Shown here one piece after another: positions 24,101 through 34,532 of a DNA stretch of 64,000 bases. Below the pieces are notes generated by a model. That model was not told the DNA's origin. It did not search any database and saw only the letters and a list, made by a program, of their open reading frames with translations. The translations under genes and the position numbers were made by a program. The DNA is taken from NCBI GenBank assembly GCA_051362555.1, contig CM120641.1:13764001-13828000 (forward strand), given 5' to 3'. This DNA is from Lingula anatina. Lineage: Eukaryota > Animalia > Brachiopoda. Position 1 is the first letter of the stretch. The number at the start of each line of letters is the position of its first letter.

Positions 24101-27100
24101 ACCATATAAATATTAGGAATGGTTTATAGTGATGTTGATCATTTACTTTGGAACTCGAGGCTATGCCAGACAGCAACGCTTGCTTTTGTCTCTAGAGCAT
24201 CGTCAGTCTGAATAGTCACAAATCATTGGGTGTTGGTAGACAGTTATACCTAGGTCATTCTGCCAATTACTTATACCAGAGTGGAAATTGTTCACAGGTC
24301 TACCAACACCCATTGACCTGTGAATATACCAAAATTGATAACATATTAATATTGCTGTTTATTATCTTATTTGTCTATGTATACCTTATTAATGTCACAC
24401 ATTTTCCAAAACAGCACCAGCAGTTCTTGATGGAACTGTACCCTTTTACAGGACCCAGGGAGGTAGGTCTGCATTAGGGGATTGTTCAGCAGCCTTGTGA
24501 TGCCTTTCAGTATGAACAGGAAATCCTACAATAACGGTTATATCAAAGTTAAACTTGTTAGCATAAATAAAATCTTAAAATCAACATACTACTTTACGTA
24601 TCAACGAAGAATACAAAAAAATATTTACTATTTTTTAGCTGCATTTTTTTGGTTGGTTGATTAAATGGCATATGGTTGAAACCAGAAGAGAAAAAATATT
24701 TACCTCTTCCCTGTGTACTCTGGACATATAATTGACAAACAGGTTGTCAGAGCCACCAGACTGAATTTAGAAGAAAAAACAAGGCAGCAAAGCTGTCATA
24801 TGTACAGACAAAAAACAGGAAATAAATATGCACAAAATAGGCTACTGTCAATTCTGATGCAAAAGTACATTATGTTAAACTGCAAATTCAACATCAAATT
24901 TTAATTATGCTCAACAGGTAATACCAATGTAAGTAAAATGTGTAACAAGCATAAGGCTTCAGGCCCATGGGAGTTCAAGTTCACACTTTGAAAATGTATA
25001 ACTTCCAGAAAAAGAAGCCAATTAGACTGCTTTTCCAACTCAGGCTGCATTTTAGTCCTGTTTTTCTTTTTTGAAAGTATGGCAATTATAAGTAACACGG
25101 TTTTCCCATAATGGTCATCATGGCAGCAGCACCCAAAATTGTGTTTTCTTCTATTCTGATGCAATATTACATAATGGTTAACAGCATAATGACCGTCAAT
25201 TTTTAATAATAAAACATATGTATCATGGATTTTCAGAAAATGTGACTAGCATGGGTCTTCAAGCCCGTGGAACTTCAAAATCACACCTTGAAAATGCCAA
25301 TATGTGAAAAATTAAATTTTCACAAAAAAACTGTTAACTGGCAGTAAGAATTACCAAACAGCCAAAAAGTAAAACTGCCTTCCACTTATCCCACATACAA
25401 TGAAAGTGCACAGCGCCGGCGACAGCAACTGCGATGACAGACGTAGGTGATGGCAATATGTACAGACACATCTGTACATATTTACTGTACTATTTGAGAA
25501 CAGTAAGTCACATGGTTTTTCTTAAATGGTCATCATGGGAGCAGTGCCCAAAATAGTTTTTTTTCAAATTTTGATGCAATATTACATAATGTTTAACAGC
25601 ATAATGACCATCAATTTTTAAAAATAAAATATTAGTATCATGGATATTCAGAAAATGTGACTAGCAAAGGTCTTCAGGCCCATGGAACTTCAAAGTCACA
25701 ACTTGAAAATGCCAAAATGTAAGCAAGACCGCACTGTTCTGAAATGTTTTTTTCCCATTTTTAACAATTTTTAACATAAAACAAAATCAACAGTGTACTG
25801 CCATTTTTATATGATCAACTAAGAAAATTGATGAGATGGGAAAAATATCAATAGAGCAGTGTTAAATGTCCAATTTCTTCCATTCTGAGATTCTGAACAT
25901 AGTGAATGATTGAATCTGACAAACTGCAATGATATGAGTTTATTTCCATTTTTGAAACTTTATTACACAATACACGATAACAAGTTTACCATCATTTTAA
26001 CAACATCAACTAACAATGTTGTTAAGATGCAGGAAATGTCAAACAAACACTTTCACGTATCTTATTAATTAAATAATGAAACTGTTAACATGCCTAAGAA
26101 TTGAATCTGAGGAAATGTGAAAAAACAGCATAACTTCTAAAATAATGGCCCGATTATGCTGATTTTTTAACTCAACCTGCGTTTTAGCAGGATTGATCAC
26201 TCCTGTGAGTTTAATGACAATTGGCCTGTCTGTTTTTCTTATATTGTGTTTACAGTGTTGCATATATGCTGAAAAGTGAAAAAAAAAGCATAACTACTAA
26301 AATAGTGGCCCGATCATGCCGATTTTCGAACTTGACCTGCGTTTTAGTAAGATCGATTACTCCTGTGAGTTTCATGACAACAGGCCTATCGGTTTTCCTT
26401 GAAATGTGTTTACAGTGTTGCAAACATGCTGAAAAGTGAAAAAAACAGCATAATTTCTACAATAATGGCCCGATCATGCTGATTTTCGAACTTGACCTGC
26501 GTTTTATGAATATTCATCAGCTCTGTAAATATAAAGCCAAAAAGTAAAACTGCCTTCCACTTATCGTGTTTACAAGGAAAGTGCACAGCGCCGGCGACGG
26601 CAACGACGGCGACGGCGACGACAGACACAGGTGATGGCAATATGTACAGACACATCTGTGTCTGTACATAAAAACATGATGACAATACGTCTTGATAACA
26701 ATAAGAAATACTGTATACCTTTATACATATATTAACACCCTGGCTTAAATTTCTCTCTAACATATCACAACATTTCAAGCATTAGGTTAGAAAATGGACA
26801 ACTTTCACGTTTTTCCATCACTAATTAGCCAGCAAACTCCCATTATCAAACATGAGGTAGAAGTGTTTTAATATTTTAATAATTCAAACTGATACCAACT
26901 TCAGGAATGAAACAGCCATTTTATTTACTTACATCACAGTTAACATCAGGGTCCATAGGAGTGCCGGCAGTGACTATAGTTCCATCTGCTGGAGCAAGCT
27001 CCCTGTTCAATTCATGCTCCAAAGTGACACAGAGCACCTGCAGGGAGACCTCTACCAGGGGTTCTCTGGAGTCTGTGAACATCAAGTGATTGTATGGAAC

Positions 27101-30100
27101 ACCATAGCCCACGGGGTCATAGGATGCAGTGATGTTGAGGAGAGATGTAAACAATGGCAGGGCATGTCTGGAAATAATATTTTGTAAGAATATCTTATGA
27201 TTTCATGATAGGTGAATCAAAACTATCTGATAATCTTTAATATATTTTTGGAACATTTTGCAGTACTGATATTCCACAGGAAAGCAATGTAGTCACCTAA
27301 AAAGCTTGTGTTGTCATCAAAAAAGACAAAAAATCAATCTCTGATAAATTCAACACAAAAATCCATGTGCAAATCACTTTAAGGTGTTTGAAATATTTTC
27401 TTAAATCAACTTTGACTGTATGAGCTCCCTATGTGTAAATATCTAGAGATCAATCAATTCCCTTTATTATGCCCTTTACCAATATTCTGTTTCTCACCTA
27501 TTTTCTGTAGAAGTGAAATAAGCAATCCACTGGTTGGGCTGAGCATGGGCCTCAGCCACTGGAGGCAAGTACATGCTCTCAGAGAAACATGTCAGCAACA
27601 ATTTGAGAATCTCTGTCCTGTGGTAGTCATGCTGAGCATTGTGTGCTGGGGAGTGGGCAAATCCTACACCAGCCTCCCAGATATACTCACAGCTGTCTAT
27701 GGACTGTAGATCTTCAGGGTTATCCTGTCAATAAGATGTAAATTGATGTAGGTCTTCTGAATTTGGAAATATCATCATTTGTAAAACCACATATCAATGC
27801 CGTCAAGATGTTAAAATTTTTAAAACCAACTGAAGTAAGCAGTCTTTTAAGCATTTCAGTGAAAAAAGATGATGACAAATATTCAACTTACAGGTCCAGA
27901 TTTCTTACTAGAAGTGACTGTGAACTCTGGGCAAAACAGCAGATCCTGAAAGATACAAAGATCATCTTAACACACTCTTTTCACTACTGATGACAAGACC
28001 TGTTTGACCACTGCTATTAAAACAAAACTGCACACCACATTAGTTATGAAGATAAATAGCATTAACTACCACATATAATTACCACAATTTATATAATGTT
28101 CATATCATAATATGCTATCAGTAAAAGTTACTTTGCACTGAGTCTCACTGGAAAGTATACTTACACACAAAGCATTGATAAGTGACTGTGCTAATGGCAG
28201 ACTGCCTTCTGCCTGTAAAATTGACAAATTATAAGATTAACATCTTGCTGCAGATAGAAATGCAATATCTATAATTATGACACATAACTTTTAAGCTATT
28301 TCAAATTGAAAGTCTCACTAAATTACTGTCAGCTTAGCCGGCTTAGGGACCGTTCACATCCAAATTTATTTTCTAAAAATCTATTTTCTATTCGCGGTAT
28401 CTTGTGATCACAGTCTGTGCCCTGAATACCCCGCGGCGTAATTACTGGTAGCGCGAGCCAGTTACTTCCAAAGCTGTAATTAATTCTCAGCTGCGCTCGG
28501 AGTGATCACAAGATACCGCGAATAGAAAACAGATTTTTAGAAAATAGATTTTGCATGTGAACGGAGTCTTAAATGTCTGTTCTGCCTACTAAAAGCTGTA
28601 AGGGGGTAATTAACTTCCATGCGCGCTCGGTTGACAGCAATTTAGCATGAACCCCCAGGGATCTAAATCTGTGTGAATGCAGTCTTATATAATCATGTGA
28701 AGACTACTGGCCCCACTAATGATGCATCACAGCCAAGAGAAACGGTTGAAATGTTTCTGCAATATTAGTTTATGGCACAGACTGCTACAGGCTAGATTTT
28801 TTATCACCAACCCCCCTCCCCCCAAAAAACTTATTCTTTGAATTAATTGATAAATGGGACTATGATTAAAATTATTTCACCAATTCATTTCCCTTTAAAT
28901 ACATTACTGAAGTATTTGATAATATATTTTAGAAAAATAGCTGGGGTAGCACTAACACTCACCAATTTAGCCAAATGCTAAAACTGATTTAAATTGGCTT
29001 AACAAAATTGGGTTGACTTGATTTGTTTTAGTCAAATTTTTAGCATATGCAGGAAAAAGTAATGAAAAAATTGTGATTTGGCTGAGCAAAAAAAATTGCT
29101 GCACAGACACTTAACCAAGGCCTCACCTCTGCTGCATCTTCTGTCTGACCTGGCAGTGTAGACCAGAAGAACCCTCGCCAGTCTGGATCCTCAAATATGT
29201 ACGGCAGTATTCGGGAGAGCAGACGTACACAATTCAGGACTTAAATTATATGAAACAAGAACAAGAGTAAGATACTGAGAAGCCGACAACAGAATGTTCT
29301 GAGCAGTATCTGCATTGCAAATTATTTCAAGTTTCTAACAGAAAATTCAATTACATTTGGCAACAGAACTGTCCATAAAATGCGATATGCATAGACTGCA
29401 GTCCCCACCAAACACCTCTTCTGGTGTAAATTATTCAGCATAAAGTAATTAATGGTACAAGTATACCTGAATTTCTCTGAACGAAAGCACAGACTCATAC
29501 ACAATGATTTAAGAAAAATTTCCTTTTATAACTTCATAATCATGTCATTATCACACTGGCTTATCATGACCAGTTTCGAACTTCTAATTTAATATGGAAC
29601 ATGTAATTCTCTATTCCCATAGATTTTAGATCGATCTATCCCCGCGGGGAGTCTCACTAGATTACTTTCAGATAATCTGACTTAAATGTCCGTCCCGCCT
29701 ACTACAAGCTGTAAGGGGGTAATTAACTTTCGTGTCCGCCCGGCTGACAGCTATTTAGCGTGAACCCCCAGGGAGTTAGGTCGATCTAAAGTAGGTCGAT
29801 CTAATCTATGGAAATGGGGTGTAAAACACAGCCAGGGTAAAAACAAGATAATTGCATATCAAAGCAACATTTGTTATTGAAATAAGCTAGCTAAGCCAAA
29901 ACTCATCACATAGGAGACCCCTGGATTTTCCTTAAAACAGGGTTAATATGTTGGCTCCAACTTCACTTACATAAAAGAAGTGATAATTGAGATTGCATGA
30001 TTAACTGACGTCATGTTCAAATAAGTAAACTAATTCTTCCTTAAATGAGGTGTTGAAGCTAATGTATTGATCTCCTTCTTATCACTTTGCGTAAATATCC

Positions 30101-32813
30101 AAGAATTAATTCAGAAACGGGTAAACAATATTAATTTATATCCACACCGTTTCGAGGACATCTTTCTGAGAATAAATCTCCAAGTCATTTTCAGAAACAT
30201 TTCTTACAGAGAAACTCAGCAGAGAAAATGTAAACAGCACAATGTGATAACAACCATGTTCAAATGCCTATGACATATTTATAGGAAAATATGAGAAAAT
30301 ATGTGAAAAACTTATGTTTCTGTCAGTCACAGTCCACACTGTTATAATAGTAATGTTTGTATTTTCTTCTTTGGCTGTTTACTAGTCTCCCACAAATATC
30401 CTCTCTGACCACAGGGTGCACTAGTAGTCTGTTACAAAAAAAATTGCATTGCACCCTGTGCTATTCCAGGTAATCAACAGGAACACTGTACTATGTAATT
30501 GTCAGTGGGGGTGATTTCACACTAGGTGCTGAGTAATGCACATCCTGCCTGTATTACATAATATGTCAAGCATGCCCACTGTCTAGATGCCCACCTGAAT
30601 AATAACATTCCACCCTGCAGTTAGGTATTCTTTTCTGCTGCTGAGCCACCATTTAAGGGGCGGGTAGGGGTGGGTAGTTTTATTATACCAGATTGAATTT
30701 TTTCCCACAGGGGCTCATACCTACTATTTAAGAAGCCCTTGATATTAGAGGGTACGCATTAGGTCAATGTCTGGATCAAGGTTGGAAAATATGGTAAAGA
30801 AAAGACAAAAATTAAATAAAATGGTTTTCATGAATTGATTTATCATAAAACTGAATGAACCTCTTTTTAGTAAGAGCAGATAGGAAGTCATATAACAATT
30901 TCATTTTGCTCACTTCTGTCCTTCTTTACCTGTCGTCAAATTTTAAAAAAATGCTCCACCCCCCCCAACCCCCCCCTCCCCCCCAAAAAAGGAGGCATTT
31001 ATGCACCTAGTTAGTAAAAGTAAAAACAACAAATAAGAAACTATATGTGGATTTTAATTTGGTGGCCATAACTCAAGGTAACTGCAATTAAAAGAAAAGA
31101 ATACAATACTTTACTTATCTTACCACAAAAATATGCAAATATGCCCTGCAGTAAAAAAAAATAATAATTTGTAGAATTCTGAAGAGCATGCCTACTGATC
31201 ACTGATGGCAGTGACCTTTGACAACAAAGGCAGCAAAGTGATATTAGGTCAAATCACTGGCATTAAGAGAAGAACAAGAAATAGTGCACAATTGCAAAAC
31301 ATCTATACAAGTACTCAAAGCATACCTATCTGTTGATCTTTATAAGAGCGGCATGAGGTTTCCGTAGCTTGTACTATCTTCTCTACAGCCTTGTAACACA
31401 ATGTGGCTAAATTTGATGGATTTTCTTCCCTTAAAGCTCTTATTTCTAATGCTGGTATCAGAGTGAAGACATCTTGGATACAAGTTACACTATCAGACCA
31501 GAACTGGCTCCAAAAGGCTTCATCATTGGCCTCTACTGGCTACAATATAAATGGCAAAATAATATTAACATTTTATGGCATACACTTGAAAATAACAACC
31601 GTTCATTTTGGCAAAAAAAAAAAAAAAAAAAAAAAAAAAACGGATTTTCTTGGGGTAATTTTTCCATACCCACCAGTGGTTAGAGAATCTGTTCTGACAC
31701 CCAAAGTTAGTCCCTGTTTTTTTTCTAAAAAGTTTGGTTTCCTAAGAGATTATTACAGAGGGTAGCCACCTGTCACGTGGTCTGAGGCCAAGCACAGATT
31801 CCAAAATAATTGCGTTAATGGTGGTGAAATAGAATGAATTATATTTCTATGAGTTGTTTACAATGTATTTATTGGGAAATATGGATTTCATATGAAGTGT
31901 TCTTATCCCTTTAACTTCCAAAATATAAAATATCCAAATCAAATGCAAACAAAAATAATTTTAAATCTTGAGACAACACACTTGCCACAGAAACAAAGTA
32001 AATTATGTAAATAAATCTTTTCTTAAAGTAAAAAGCAGTCAAACAAGTTTTAGCTTAAACTATTAAACCTCAGATCTTTAAAATGTACATTAATTTTCAC
32101 AGATACATCATAAAAGTTCTCAAAAACACATTATAATTCAATCTTTCCAAACAAATGTGTGAAATGCCTGTAATCACTGTAGTGATATGCTATGCTTCCA
32201 CTTGTGCAGCCAATCTGGGTCCAACACACTCTTGGAAGGGACTGGACCACACATATATGACTGACATATATGACTTTTAACTGTATATGTGGTATGGCCT
32301 TTATAACAACAAAAAAGCACTAGTATGAGAATTATGCCTAGACCAGATTTGCTACAACTACTATTCAATAAAATTGATTCAACTTCAAAATGTAACATTA
32401 ACTGAAAACCACACCATCATCTGAAAATAACTGACGTTACTATGTCACAATAGTATCTATCAGCTTTATTTGACCAGCAGGGATAGCTGGGCAAATGTCA
32501 GTGTGAACAGAACGTGTTGACCGTGACTCAATCAATAATCGCTAATCAAACCTATTGCTGGTACTAGCATATTTCTTTATCACTTAAATACTTATGATAT
32601 TTTAGCATAATTTATCATAAACTGCGGAACTTCGTGTGCTGATTTTTAGCGTTCGATAAACGAATGTTCAAAGAATATTTGACCCTCTTGTACATATGTG
32701 AACAGAATTTCCTGGACATTTAAAACTCATGAATCGTTTTATCTCACCTGAGTCTTGGTTGTTAACTGAATTACAGCCTTCCTGAAGTTTAATTTGGTAT
32801 CTGCATTGCCCAT
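17261..32813 (-). CDS. HID1: HID1 domain-containing protein (dense-core vesicle/TGN). Exons 5'->3': 32748-32813, 31326-31539, 29127-29239, 28165-28212, 27892-27945, 27498-27724, 26933-27167, 24704-24760, 24385-24525, 23858-23948, 23379-23530, 22835-22913, 22572-22633, 22269-22371, 21791-22021, 21399-21497, 20970-21052, 18843-18968, 18129-18220, 17680-17838, 17261-17324
   Basis: Starts MGNADTKLNFRKAVIQLTTKTQ (myristoylation Gly2). Contains IDSCEYIWEAGVGF, SGERNFGVRLNKPY, LPLQTIMRLLQVLVPQVEKICIDK and HGTLVGLLPVPHPILIRKYQ. Ends NVDPPIWYDTDVKLFEIQRV*. Exon phases are consistent. Confidence 0.96.
19120..20911 (-). mobile_element. HINE-like element, copy 3 (internally deleted subtype), HID1 intron
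   Basis: Same termini as copy 1, but lacks the ~370 bp corresponding to ~7110-7480. Confidence 0.85.
22917..23093. repeat. (ATAAT)n microsatellite abutting a HID1 splice acceptor
   Basis: About 35 perfect pentamers directly before the CAG of exon 22835-22913 on the minus strand. Confidence 0.97.
24780..26671 (-). mobile_element. HINE-like element, copy 4 (deleted subtype, with internal duplicate 5' end), HID1 intron
   Basis: Same termini and same deletion junction as copy 3. Extra 5'-end segment at 25360-25480. Confidence 0.85.
28311..28685 (+). mobile_element. MITE family B, copy A (diverged, left end lost, interrupted by a nested MITE)
   Basis: 28311-28345 and 28569-28685 align to contiguous sequence of the copies at 29609 and 38897 (AGTCTCACTA...TTA AATGTC...GCTGTAAGGGGGTAATTAAC...TGAACCCCCAGGGA). 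Confidence 0.75.
28346..28568. mobile_element. PIF/Harbinger (Tourist)-type MITE with ~65-bp TIRs and TTA TSD
   Basis: CCGTTCACAT...TTCGCGGTATCTTGTGATCAC is mirrored by GTGATCACAAGATACCGCGAA...ATGTGAACGG. TTA on both sides. Confidence 0.8.
29609..29821 (+). mobile_element. MITE family B, copy B
   Basis: Near-identical reverse complement of 38897-39112. Imperfect TIRs containing TAGATCGA. Confidence 0.8.
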
Positions 32814-32960
32814 TTTCCAAATTCGCCAAAGAGTTCAATCAATGTGGCAGACAGGAAGTACTTACTGGAACGGGTACTTTAGTAAACAAAGGTCGTCATT
32901 GGTTAAAATTAACAAGACAGCCTTCAGTGGTTGTTAACCTGTGGCTCCTTACCTGTGACT
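32814..32960 (-). promoter_or_regulatory. Probable HID1 proximal promoter/5'UTR
   Basis: ETS-like CAGGAAGT (~32852) and CCAAT on the minus strand (ATTGG ~32898) just upstream of the ATG, with more CpGs than the flanks. Confidence 0.4.
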
Positions 32961-34532
32961 GTATTTTAGACACTAGTTTAATCCTACGAGTTTAAGTGAC
33001 CTCCTAGTTTAAGCGAAAAATAGTTTCTTTAAACACTTACTTTGAACTGTTACATGCTTAGAGAAAGAACTTTATGAAAAGTACCATCTAAAACATTTTA
33101 TGCATTTATACTCGAAAGGGAATTAAAGGCTTTCACATTTACTTAGATTTTAATTATTTTAGTATAAATCCATTGTAAAAATTCACAGTTTATCTACTTG
33201 TTTCTAAAAATTCACAGTATATGTACTTGTTTATTATCAGTGAAATGCTGGACTGACTATTTATAGGATTCCAGCATCCTGTGAGGTTGCATCCACTAGG
33301 AAATGAAAGTTGAGCTAAACTATGGAAATTACACAGGGAAGAAATTTCCTCTATATTCATCTGAAAATCAAGATCATGATAACTACCATATCATACCAGT
33401 TTTCTGTTAATTTCACGAGTTGGAAATAACAGAAAAGATGAATTAATTATCTTAGTCTCATCACTTGTTATGTATAATGTATGTTCTGGTTACAGCAGGT
33501 TGTAAACCTTTTTGTTGTTATAGGACTCTTTTTTAAATGGGTTTTTTAAAAATAAAATTAAAAAAAAAACTTCCCTTAAAAGTAAATCAGTTCACTCTTT
33601 CCTACAAACAAAAAAAAAATGTAGTCTGGGGTGTAGACAATCACTGTCACTTCTGAAAAAAAAAGTCTTTTTGTACAATCAAATGAGAATGTTGTGAAAT
33701 CAAGGTATTTTTCTGTTAAAAAGATCATAAGTATTACATGCAGTGGCTAGTACTTAGATGTATACAACAATAATTCATTTATGTAGTGAAAAAACATGTT
33801 TGAGATCTTGCACTTTGTCCGTTTCAGTTACACTCATAATAATTCAACCCAATGAGACTTTCCTTTTTATTAGGAGGATATCGATGTGGAGGACACGGAT
33901 GGTGTCAAGTGCAAAATAATGTTCATTTATTCACCTCAGCTTTGGCAGGCATCACAATATTGTACACAAAAACAGCATTATACTGGAGGGTTTCTAAATA
34001 AACCTCTTGAAAAACATATCACCCTCTTATTCCAGTATTTTTTGATAAAACAAAAGTAATAATTCCATAAGAATAAAAGTAACTAAATGGCAAAATAGCA
34101 TGGAATACTTCAATTTATTCAGTAAACTTTGAATAAATTTCCATTGTTAACTGATGGATAAAGATTAGCTTAATTAAATTGAATTAAACTAATTTCCTCA
34201 CCTCATTAGTCCCACCCCTCCTGCACATATAAATAATTAATACAGTTTCAGACGCTATAAAACCTCTACTGAAATGGGTGCAACATATTTACAAATAAAT
34301 GTCATATATGCCTAGTTTGGTATTTTAACAATTTGTCAGAGCATACTGAATTCTAGCACATTCAGCTGTGTAAATATCTGTTCTGCATCATATCCATAAA
34401 TTGTTGACAGAATGGTGATCCCTTTTTCCAAATTAAGAAAAAAAAATGAAGCAGTCTGTGATACTAAAAACATGTTTTTGCATATTCTCAAATTTCACTT
34501 CTTTTTCCTATTTAAAATTTGCATCATCAAAA

